Shown here one piece after another: positions 11,001 through 19,702 of a stretch of DNA of 64,000 bases (the first letter of the stretch is position 1; the number at the start of each line of letters is the position of its first letter). Both the position numbers and the translations under genes were made by a program. The notes beneath the pieces are model-generated. The model made no database searches, had not been told where the DNA came from, and worked only from the letters and a program-made list of their open reading frames with translations. This stretch comes from an uncultured Planctomycetaceae bacterium (GTDB lineage: Bacteria > Planctomycetota > Planctomycetia > Isosphaerales > Isosphaeraceae), in contig CAWIAD010000002.1 in the NCBI GenBank assembly GCA_963833985.1, positions 1,824,001 to 1,888,000 of the forward strand. The letters run 5' to 3'.

Positions 11001-12557
11001 GTCCTTGAGAAGGTAGCCCTCCGCCTTGAGAGATTCGTAGAGCGCGCGGTCGAAACGCGGCTGGCCCGGGTTTGCCTGGCGGGCCCTTTCCCACATCTTG
11101 GCGAGCAGGACCTGGAGCGTGGACGACAGCGCCGATCCGGCGTCGGCCAGCAAATCCTCGGCAATCACTGCGGGCAAGCCGTCCTCGATCTCCAGCCGGT
11201 ACTGCCGCTGGAGCCGGCCGGGCCGTGACGGGCCCTGGATCGCGCTGATGATGCCGCGCCGGTCGAGCGGCTTCAGGAACATCGGCGAGCGGGGAAGCCT
11301 CGCCTCGGCCAGCCGGCGGTCCAGCTCTGCCAGCCACTCCTTGCGAAACCCCAGCACCAGCTTGCCGCGCGGACGAAGCTCGCGATTGCCCAGCGTGGCC
11401 GCCAGCGCCGCCATGAACTCGTCAAGCTCGCGCGGCCGATCCGGGTCGGGCCGTGTGAACACCTCTTCCACCTGGTCCAGGAAGACCACCACGGGCCGGC
11501 CCGAGCTTGCCTCCGCGGACCGCCACGCCGCGTTCAGGGCGGTCAACTCGTCCGCGAGCCCGAGCGCATCGCCCAGCGAGCCCAGCAGGCCCTTCTTTTC
11601 ATCACGCCGGCGATAGCGAACCAGGCTGCCGCCGGTCTCCAGGCGCGGCACGAGCCCGGCGTCCAGCAGCGACGACTTGCCGACGCCCGATGTCCCGTAC
11701 AGCAGCAAGATCGGCGGCCCGGCCGGGTCAATGATCTCCTCGTACAATTCCCGGATCTGGTAGCCGCGACCGAAGAAGACCTCGGCATGCTCGGCCGTGA
11801 ACCAGTTCAGATGCCGGAACGGGCTCTCGGGCAGATCGCGCTCGGGCAGGCGTGGGAGGCCGAATTCCGGATGACCGGCCGCATCCGGCAAGCTCCAGCG
11901 CTCGACCAGCTCGGTCCCGGGCCGGAATTCCCACGGGAACCCGTGGTCGTCGGCCGGATCTGAGTTCGCCGTTTCCGCGGTCGTGCCGAAGTCGCGCTGC
12001 CCGTAATAGGCCTCGGGCACGGTGTCGTGGGCCGCCAGGACTCGTCCCCTTGCCCTTTCGAACGCGGCGCGGAGCGGGAATCCGGCGGCCAGCTCAGTAT
12101 AAAAGGCCACGGCGAAGGCGCGTGCCTTGCCATCGTCGATCGCGCGCGCCGTGGCGATCACGGCGGCGACGCCCGCCTGGAGCAGCCGCGCCACCTGGCC
12201 GCGGGTCGAGCAGCCGTTGAGAAAGACCAGTTGCAAACCGCCGCAGTGGCCCAGGAACGTTGCCAGCCCGTCCGCATGCGCCGGGGCTGCTCCCGCGTTC
12301 GATTCCAGCAGCAACCGGCCGCTGTCGGCATGCCCGGCGTAGTGCAGAATGGTGACCTGGTCACGGTTCAGGGTGAAGACGTCGAAGATCTGGTCCAGGG
12401 TCGCGTTGGAAAGCACTTCCAGGCGGCAGAGTCCGTCATGCTGCGCATCCTTGAGAATGCCTTGAAGCTGTCGCAGTTCCTCGGGCAAGTCCCTCAGGTA
12501 ACGCCGGCCCTCCTGCTCATTCGCAAAAGCCAGAACAACGATCGGCAGCTCTGCCAT
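8052..12557 (-). CDS. CHAT protease - nSTAND-type NTPase - coiled coil - TM helix - helical repeats - FGE/SUMF1 domain protein
   Basis: LHYAGH and LVFLNGCST (CHAT His/Cys dyad); GTSGVGKSSLL (Walker A); VFLDQVEE (Walker B); TM helix YLLGAAAAIMVLVASIAA; RLPTEAEWEYACRAG and PNAFGLFDMHGNVNEW (FGE-sulfatase fold). Probable start MAELPIVV at 12557. Confidence 0.88.
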   Translation of the reverse strand: MAELPIVVLAFANEQEGRRYLRDLPEELRQLQGILKDAQHDGLCRLEVLSNATLDQIFDVFTLNRDQVTILHYAGHADSGRLLLESNAGAAPAHADGLATFLGHCGGLQLVFLNGCSTRGQVARLLQAGVAAVIATARAIDDGKARAFAVAFYTELAAGFPLRAAFERARGRVLAAHDTVPEAYYGQRDFGTTAETANSDPADDHGFPWEFRPGTELVERWSLPDAAGHPEFGLPRLPERDLPESPFRHLNWFTAEHAEVFFGRGYQIRELYEEIIDPAGPPILLLYGTSGVGKSSLLDAGLVPRLETGGSLVRYRRRDEKKGLLGSLGDALGLADELTALNAAWRSAEASSGRPVVVFLDQVEEVFTRPDPDRPRELDEFMAALAATLGNRELRPRGKLVLGFRKEWLAELDRRLAEARLPRSPMFLKPLDRRGIISAIQGPSRPGRLQRQYRLEIEDGLPAVIAEDLLADAGSALSSTLQVLLAKMWERARQANPGQPRFDRALYESLKAEGYLLKDVLDEGLKAIGRWNPEVEHSGLALDLLLYHTTDLGTAAQQTCEALHARYAHQAGVLDGLLGKCKDHYLIVEAEPVAGTTTRSTRLAHDLLAPLVQQRFRISVAPGQRARRLLENRVPDWVDGKTGPCLDRADLATVLEGASGMRGWTGVEERLVMASRDEDERVKTQEAEEARRLHEAEEGRLKAEAQARQEAEHRLAEQQTANEQQLEANQRLEEANLKQKQTNTRLRQGTYLLGAAAAIMVLVASIAAMEWSDARTKGNNLSDSLLKLTSEKKVRSLAQAEELLEADPQAVPDILKSVRESDEAMDRLRGVRSKEGASTKERGRAALALLDRDPAEVDFLLQQVLTADSDPEELLLVRDYLRPYLSQETVERLWQTVKNTKSVPELRLRHAAVVAAFSDQDTRWGQVAERVVADVLAVNALQLGGWTDAFRLVKKQLIPSLEVKFNEGQPHEREVAATILNDYAADDIVKILTLLKNADTQQFRILFSRARANPEEAVRSMTDEVAFDLLKQADARQFPIVFAKARDHPGAAVRSMKNELGKKAPLKSIYKQKDELAGRQANALITLAMLGQTDRLWPALRQSPEPRLRTYLIERMGRLGVDFKLLASHLFEEQEPSIRAAIVLALGEFPYELRTGEMNRTLTAKLLDAYAHDPEPGFHSALAWLLPNLLCFDGVAVDESLAGKPPGPRQAWYVNKQGQTFVIVKNPGVFVMGSPDEENELGRNPNERQHHRRIPRSFAIGTREVTVADYLRFLDDPAAQEAKANFVYADLQSYSPRRTGPILSVTWFEAAQYCRWLGEQEGLPEKEQCYPPIPRIKEGMELFADHLTRTGYRLPTEAEWEYACRAGAETPWAFGSDSALMKDFAWFLDNSITKNLRQQAQEGGQKKPNAFGLFDMHGNVNEWCSDRRPTYPATDGPPVDDLGSERTDRTVLDVDSRVYRGGSFGELALNLRAAYRDATRPTSRWTAVGFRIVRTYPPKPG

Positions 12558-12738
12558 ATTCCTGACCCCCGAGCCAGCCGGCCGGGAGCCCACGGCGGCA
12601 CGCTGGCGCATGGCAACATGAGAACGGGCGGCGACCGATGCGCCGCTGCCCCGCACGGACTCCGGCCGCCGTCGGGTTCACGCCGGTTCTCCAGGCCGTG
12701 CGTGACCACCGGCCGCCCTCGAAGCCCCTGCGCTGGCT

Positions 12739-12912
12739 TCACTGCTCAATGATCTCGATGTTCTCCTGAACCTCGCTGATGTTCTCCTGAACCTCGCTGA
12801 ACTGTTCGATAAACTCTTGTCCCTGGGGTGTATTGATCACCTCGACGTTCTCGGTTACCTGGGTGATCTGCTCTCTCACTTCGATGATCTCTTCTTCAAA
12901 GAATTCCGGCAT
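12739..12912 (-). CDS. Small acidic heptad-repeat protein (57 aa), absent from the ORF track
   Basis: Manual translation gives MPEFFEEEIIEVREQITQVTENVEVINTPQGQEFIEQFSEVQENISEVQENIEIIEQ*. GGAG lies 9 nt upstream of the ATG, third codon positions are GC-biased, and there is an in-frame 21-bp tandem duplication at ~12758-12799. Confidence 0.7.
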   Translation of the reverse strand: MPEFFEEEIIEVREQITQVTENVEVINTPQGQEFIEQFSEVQENISEVQENIEIIEQ

Positions 12913-13174
12913 GACGATATGCTCCGGCTCTCAAGTGGATGGCGGCGCGGAAAGTAGCCCTCCAAGGAATATCAGCGACTCCCTTCCCGGGCGAAATTCC
13001 TGCCGGAAGAATCTCGTGGAAGTGTACGTGCGTGATGGTTCGGCCTCTCCTTTTCACGGTTGCGCTGAAGGCGTCTTGCCCGTTCCGATGCGGGTGGTGG
13101 CTTGACTGACCTGGCTGCCGTAGCATGGTCGGGCCGTACGTCGTGAGCATCCATCTCCGTCTGCGCGAGTGAAC

Positions 13175-13870
13175 ATGATCAGGGTACCGATCAAGTCGAG
13201 GGAAGGCGTCTACCGCGTCATGCGGACGAGGGTGCCGCGCACCCGAACGTTTTTTCTGTACCGCCAGGCCGAGGCCAACGACAAAGCCTGGCTCCAGGCT
13301 CTTTACGCCGCCATCTGCAACCTGGTGCAAGCCCATCCCGAAGCAAGGTCGCATCGCGCCGTGGCGCTGATGGCGGAAGTTTCTGCCCAAGGATCCCGCG
13401 CAGCGCGAACACTCAAATTTTCGTTCTCCGATGCGAAGCAGCGCTCGCTCTTCGAACAGGTGCTCTGGACCTTCTTCTTCGACCAGCCCGACACCTGGGA
13501 AACCTCGTGGCCGGAACCGGGCCAGGACGACGCGGAATACGTCGCGGTACGCGCCGGCCGGATTGCGCAACATCCCGCGGATCCGCGTCAGATGGCCCCT
13601 GCCGCCCGTGCCGCCAAAGCGCGCAGCCGCGGGCTGGACGCGGCTCCGGCGGCTACGACAGCCGTGGCGTCCGACGATGAGCTGAAAATCGGGGATATCG
13701 TCAAGGTTGTCGAGGGCCGGTACACCGGCCTCATTGGCCAGGTGGTAGCCATCCCGGTCGTGGGAGGGTTCGAGCGCTATACGGTCCGGCTGCCCGGCGA
13801 CGACCAGTATTATGACGTGCCGAATTTTCCCGCCTTCGCGCTCGAGAAGGTTTCCGCACCGGCGCATTGA
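13175..13870 (+). CDS. Hypothetical protein with C-terminal KOW/SH3-like motif
   Basis: LKIGDIVKVVEGRYTGLIGQVV resembles a KOW motif. It follows an Ala-rich linker; the N-terminal domain is not recognised. Confidence 0.6.
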   Translation: MIRVPIKSREGVYRVMRTRVPRTRTFFLYRQAEANDKAWLQALYAAICNLVQAHPEARSHRAVALMAEVSAQGSRAARTLKFSFSDAKQRSLFEQVLWTFFFDQPDTWETSWPEPGQDDAEYVAVRAGRIAQHPADPRQMAPAARAAKARSRGLDAAPAATTAVASDDELKIGDIVKVVEGRYTGLIGQVVAIPVVGGFERYTVRLPGDDQYYDVPNFPAFALEKVSAPAH

Positions 13871-13877
13871 CCGCGCA

Positions 13878-15419
13878 TCAAGGCAAGATCCGCTGCCCGA
13901 CGGCCGTGTTCAGCTTGAGCATGCTGCGGCGGTGCTGGATCTTCAGCTCGTCAAGCTTCGCGAGCTGGTTATCGTCGTCATCCGCGATGAGCCGTTGCAG
14001 GCGCTCCAGTAGCATGAGCATCTGAAGATCCGGCGTCCGTCCCCCTTTCTCGAACCGCTTCATGAGCGGCTTGATCACCAGGCCCTCGTCGGAGAGGGTC
14101 TCCGGCCTGACGCGCTCGACGGCCCTGAGCGTGAACTCGTGCTGACGGTAAGCCCGCCGCACCTCGGACTCGACAACGTTTTCCAGCCAGAGAAGCTGGG
14201 TTCGCGCCTGCGCGGCCATCGCCCCCGCCTTGGCGATGTTGCCTTGCTGCCGGTTGTAAATGGGCAGCGGGACCGTCACGCCCAGCGCCCAGGCGAGCGT
14301 ATTCTGGGGAGCGACGTTCGGAATGCCGGTGTAGAAGGTGTAGGGCTGGTACATGAGCAGGGCGTCGTCGAACCGGTTGGCGCGCGCCGCGGCGATATCG
14401 GCCTGGGCGCGTGCCACGTTGAGACGCAGGGTCACAAGGTCCGGGCGCTGAGCGAGCGCCAGCCGGATGAGCTCATCCTCCGGTGGCAGCGGGGGCTCGT
14501 CCCGGCGAGTGAAGTGCACCCGGCCGTAGAGGCCCCGTTCCTTGAGCTCCCTGGGCGGCAGGTTCAACTGGAGGGCGAGCGTGCTCATCGCCTCCTCGTA
14601 GACCTCGCTCGCGTCTTCACGATCGATCGCCGAGAAGAGACTGGTGTTCTCCCCGCGCCCCTTGAGCAGATCAGGGTTTTTCCGCTCTTCAAACTCGACA
14701 TTCCGCTGAGCCAGCAAGGCGTCCACGTAGGCGGTGTACAGGTTATCGATCGCGAGCCGGACGAGGTCGCGGTACTTCGCCTCGACGGCGCGCTTGTTCC
14801 ACCACGCCGATTTCATGCGTGCCTGGCGCTTGTGAGACAGATCCAGCGGGTGCACCAGGTTGAAGTCGTACTGATTGGGTCCTCCGGACGTCTGACTCGT
14901 GTATTTTCCATAGGGGACGCCCTGGGTGTCGACATAGGCGATGGGATTGGTGCGCAACCCCGCCGTGATCAGGTCGGCCTCGGCCTGGGAGATGTCGCAG
15001 CGACTCTGCGCCAGCTCAAGGCTGTTGTGCAACAAGATGTCGATGGCCAGGTCGAGCGTGATGCCTTCGGGCTTGCCGAAGACCGGCTTGAGCGCCGGCA
15101 GGCCGGGACGAGGACGCGCGGGATCGGGATCGAGCGGCAAGGGCAGATCGCGGGGCGTCCGGACCCGGGGAATCTTCAGGTTGGCGGGATCGGATGGGCC
15201 AAAATCGACGGGCGGAAGGACCCCGAACCCCGGCTGCGTCCGTCCCACCGACGGACCCGGCTGGCCGCCGACCAGACCTTGCGGGCCAGATTGACGGGGG
15301 TTGACCAGCGACTCGCGCGCTGCCTGCGCGCGGGCCGAACCCGATCCCGCAAGCAGGACGGCCAGAAGCGCTGTTGCCGCCAGTGCCCGCTCTTCCATGG
15401 CAGTGAGACCGCATCCCAT
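13878..15419 (-). CDS. TolC-family outer membrane efflux protein
   Basis: ITLDLAIDILLHNS, ADLITAGLRTNP, ALAQRPDL and VPLPIYNRQQGNIAKA. Signal-like N-terminus with AAGGAGG upstream; start uncertain (15398-15470). Confidence 0.8.
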   Translation of the reverse strand: MGCGLTAMEERALAATALLAVLLAGSGSARAQAARESLVNPRQSGPQGLVGGQPGPSVGRTQPGFGVLPPVDFGPSDPANLKIPRVRTPRDLPLPLDPDPARPRPGLPALKPVFGKPEGITLDLAIDILLHNSLELAQSRCDISQAEADLITAGLRTNPIAYVDTQGVPYGKYTSQTSGGPNQYDFNLVHPLDLSHKRQARMKSAWWNKRAVEAKYRDLVRLAIDNLYTAYVDALLAQRNVEFEERKNPDLLKGRGENTSLFSAIDREDASEVYEEAMSTLALQLNLPPRELKERGLYGRVHFTRRDEPPLPPEDELIRLALAQRPDLVTLRLNVARAQADIAAARANRFDDALLMYQPYTFYTGIPNVAPQNTLAWALGVTVPLPIYNRQQGNIAKAGAMAAQARTQLLWLENVVESEVRRAYRQHEFTLRAVERVRPETLSDEGLVIKPLMKRFEKGGRTPDLQMLMLLERLQRLIADDDDNQLAKLDELKIQHRRSMLKLNTAVGQRILP

Positions 15420-15553
15420 GCACCGCGCCGAGTCCCTCCTCCTTGAACCTTGACTCGGCCGTGCTTTCACCCATTCTTTCGGTCTTGTGGCCTCCGCAAA
15501 TCCAGAAAAGCCGTTCCTTCCGCTGGCACCGGCTCACTTCGCCCCGTGCGATT

Positions 15554-18500
15554 TCACTCCACGGTCATGATCCCGTTCATGACCATCCAGTGGCCCGGGA
15601 AGGTGCAGAGGTACGGATACCGGCCCGTAGCCGCCGGAGCGCGGAAGGAGATCGTGAAGTCACTTCCCGGGTTCACGATGTCCATGTAAACGAGGATGTC
15701 GTCGCTGCGGGGGATGTAGTGACGGGCCGCGGCGTCGGGCTCGGCAATGATCTTGTTCACGAGGTCGCCCACTTTTTCGAGCGTTCCCGGACGCGCGAGG
15801 GCCCAGTTGTGCGGCACGACGTCAGGGTTCGAGAAGGTCAGCTTGATCGCCTCGCCGGCATGCACTCGAAACGAGGTCGGCAGGAAGCTCAGGTTCGGGC
15901 CGGCCGCAAGATGAATCTCGCGTGCGCCGCGGATGGACGCGCGCCACGGATTGGGAACCTTCGGAGCGCTCGAGCGCTGCCATGTCGGCGAGCATGGGAT
16001 GCGCGGCGATGATCTTGACGGTGGGCCGATAGCCGGGGTACCCGGTGAACGCCGGTGCCAGCCGGTGGACCGTGGCATACAGGTCATGGGGGTCGCCGGA
16101 ATCCACCCGCAGGTGGAGATGAAGCTGGCTGACCGGCTGGAGCTCGGGAATCTCAAGGAAGAGAGTCTTGCCGTCGCCCAGGAGATGTGCCGAGGCGACG
16201 GTGAGCGGATCGTGGCCGGGCAGGCCCGGATGGCGGGGTGAGAGCTCGGGAGATCCGTATCCGCTGCTGTAGTGATAATTCCAGGCCTGCACGAAATGGT
16301 TGCGCGGCTGCTCGGCAACCGCGCGATCGAGCGGCTGGCTGAAGGTCACAAGCACACCGTTCTCGACGGCGTGCCAGGCGAGCGGAAGCTGCGCGGGGCT
16401 ACCCGTATAACGCACCCGCTGAAAGCAGCCGTCCTGGCTGGTGTACGTTCCCCAGCCGGCCATGCCCGTGACGTAAAGCTGTCCATCCGCCGGGTTGAAG
16501 CGTCCGCGGTGCACGCCCGAATCAAAATCGCCGGGTAAGGGGACGACGGCCCCTTGAGGTTGCCCGTCGACCTGGTCGCGCAGCACCAGAAAATGGGTTC
16601 CCGCGCCGAAGGAGAAGTGGATGAGCTGGCCCTTGAGCGGGCCCCAGCGGTCGGAGGTCACCTCCACCTGGGCGGAGCTCGAATTGTCCAGCCCGCGCGG
16701 CAGGTAGACCAGCGGCAGGTCCGGCGCGCGGCCGTGGAGCGGTCCGCCGTAGCCGTAGTGCCCTCCCGGCTTGACCTCGCAGATCATCGACGCGGGCACC
16801 CAGTCCCCCTCGGAATTGGGCACGGTCAGGACGCCGCCGGAGCACAGGCCCAGGCCGTCGGGGTTCCGGAAGCCCGTGGCCAGAACGTCGACTGATCTGC
16901 CGTCCGGTGCAATCTTCAGCAGCCCTTGCTTTCCGGATACCGTGTAGAAGTTGCCGGCAGCGTCGTTCTGAAGGCCGCAGATGAAGTCGTGGCCGGCGGG
17001 AGAGGTCTCGTAGGCGTTGCTCACGCATTCGTAGGCATCGGCCTCGCCGTCGCCGTTGAGGTCGCGCAGCCGCGTGATCTGGTCGCGGCCCAGCACATGG
17101 ACGGCGCCATCGGCCACCACCAGCCCGAGCGCCTGGTGCAGCCCCGAGGCGAACCTCCGCCAGCGCACTGCGCTGAGGCTGGAATCAAGACCCTCCACGT
17201 GCCAGACGTCGCCCTGCATGGTGCAGAGCATGGCCGAGCCATCAGGTAGAAAATCATGGTCGCCGAAGAAGAGGGGGACTTTCCAAGGGTTCTCGAAAGG
17301 AGGCCCGATCGTGTCGATCGCGTAGGGCTGGCCCTGGCCGAGCGTGCCACGGGTGGTCAGCACCTGCGGCCATTGCGCGGGGCCTCCACGCGTCAGCCTT
17401 GCGAGCGAGTCATCGGTGGCGGGAACGACCCGCCGCGCGAACTTGCCGTCCTCCACCCAGGCCGAGTCGAGCCGCTCCTCGCCGCCGATCCGGTACGCGA
17501 AGACCACTCGCTTGCCGTGCCGGAAGAAACCATGGTAGACGAAGGGCTGCGTGGGCCGGCTGCCGGGCGGGCGGGACAATGGGGTGCCGCTCAGGATCAG
17601 GCCGTCCATGAAACCATGCCGGGTTGCCGAGAACTTGACGAAGCCGCCCGACCAGAGGGCCTCGTAACAAAGCGTCTCGGGGTTGAAGCAGGCGCTCAGC
17701 TCGCCATGGTCGCCCAGGCGAACGCAGACGCCTTTCGGCACGACCACACCGGCCCCTCGGAAAACGCCACTGAGCACCGAGCCGAGCTCCGTATCATTCC
17801 AGCGCGGGTCGGCCCAGCTCTGCTCGTTCTGGTTGCCCCAGTGGCCATGTGAACCGCCGTCGAGCCCGGGATAGGGGGGCAAGAGCATCGGTAGGGGAGA
17901 CTGCTTGCGGAAGTACTCGGCCTCCTTCGCGTAGTAGTCATAGATCCGCTCGCGATTGACCGGCTGCTGCCAGTTCGGCCGGGCTTCGGGGTGTAGGGGA
18001 GCCCGGTCAAAGGGGAAGGTTGCAGCCGCGTGCGGCTGGTGGGCCATGGCCGTGACAGCCGCACTGCCGGGCTTGCCCAGGTCCATCAAGAAGCGGACCA
18101 GGTCGCGGCGATCGCGGGCCGTCATGGTGGCCGCGATCCCCTCCGGCATCAGGCTGCCGACGGTACGCAGCTCTTCGATGGATGCGCGCGGAACCTGCAA
18201 ACCGGTGCCGGTGGTGGCCTCGGTGAGCGTGATCGCGCGCGATCCTGCGCACGTGGATAGCCCTGGATGACCTTGCCATCGCTGGTCGCCAGCGCGATGG
18301 CCTCGTATCCCGTCTTGACCGTACGGCGCGGCCAGAGCACCGACTCGACAATTTGCTCGGGGGTCAGGCAGACGCCCGCCGTGGTCAGCTCGGGTCCCAC
18401 GATCCCTCCCGCGGCTCCCACCTTGTGGCACGACGTGCAACTGAAGCGCGGGTCCGAGAAGACCTCGGCCCCGTGGCGAGGATCGCCCGCGCTCCGGGCC

Positions 18501-19570
18501 TCGGCCACCAGGGCGGCCACCAGGGCGGCTTCCCTGGCCGGCAAGTCCGCCGCGCGGGCGGGCCGCGGAGCCACCGGCGTGCGCGGTACGGGTTTCGGGC
18601 CGGGAGGCTTGCCCTCGAGCTGGGGGAGCAGCCAGTCCAGGCCGTCCAGGTTGTCGCGCAGCCGGGCCTCGGCGTCGTCCTGCGTGTGGCCGAGGATGCC
18701 GATCGGGCCGCGGTAGCCGCTGTCGCGGATGATCCGCAGCAGCTCCAGGTCGTGCTCGCCCTGGCCCAGCGGCAAGATCTTGCGGCCCACCCTGTCGCCC
18801 CCCCTGTCCATGCCGTTGAGATTGAGCGCCCGCAGGTACGGCTTCATGGACTGGAGCAAGGCAGGGAACCGGTCGATATGCTCGTGGCCGTGGTGCAGGT
18901 TGTAGACCATTCCGACGTTCTTCACACCCGCGGTCTCGAGCCGTTTGATGATCGCGATCTGGTTCTCCGGCTCGCCGAACCAGCCGCCGTGGTTATAGAG
19001 CGCCAGCGTGCAACCGATTTTCTCGGCCTCGACTGCCAGGGGACGCAGCTTCTCCGCGGCGACGCTGATCCTACGCTCCTGCTCGGCGCCGCTGGCTCGG
19101 TCGCCGCCCAGGTCCAGCAAGACCCAGAGCTGGGCCTTGATGGCATGGCGACGCAGCAGGTCGAGGATGATCCGCGATTCGCGGTTCAGCTCGCCGGGAG
19201 CCACCCAGAAGGCGTCCAGCGCGATGCCATGCCGCTTGAGCGCCTCGACCTCGGCGTCGAAGCTGGGAATGTGCTCGGCGCGCCAGTCGTAAGCGAAGTG
19301 CTTGAAGCCAAGGCGCTGAAGCATGGCCGCACGCTTCTCGGGCCCGCGCTGCTTCGCATCGAACGGCACGATGCACCAGGCGATCAGGTTGTCGCGCGCG
19401 AAGAGCGATTGAGCCGGTTTCTCGTCCCGCGCACCGGCTGGCTGATCCGGACCGGTCACGGCGCAGCGCCCCACCAGGCCCGTGCCCGGCACGAGCGCCA
19501 GGAACAGAGCACCGCGGCCGACGAGATCAACGAGGTCGCGCCGGGTTTTTCCGATGGAAAAGCAGATCAT
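15554..19570 (-). CDS. Large multidomain protein: sugar-isomerase-like TIM barrel + c-type heme (PVC-type) + beta-propeller-like region + azurin/plastocyanin domain; two frameshifts (~18235, ~15968)
   Basis: AWCIVPFD...LYNHGGWFGEP...YNLHHGH; CTSCH heme motif; SLMPEG; GFRNPDG; C-terminal HNWAL...CTFPGHWMVM type-1 copper ligands. Confidence 0.8.
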
Positions 19571-19702
19571 GCAGCAGTCCTTCAAGGCCAGCGCCGCCGC
19601 AGCTTGCTCGAGGACGGACTCCGCGAGCACCAGCGTCGAGATCGCTTCAAGCTATCTTGCCTGGTGCGAGATCGCAACCGATCGACTGCCGCGCCGCGGC
19701 GC

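Noticed and set aside
3235..12912. Gasdermin or RiPP system
   Set aside because: No gasdermin-like ORF and no peptide-modifying enzymes are visible near the small peptide.
13175..13870. Calling this gene nusG or rfaH
   Set aside because: Only the KOW-like motif matches; no NGN domain is recognisable.
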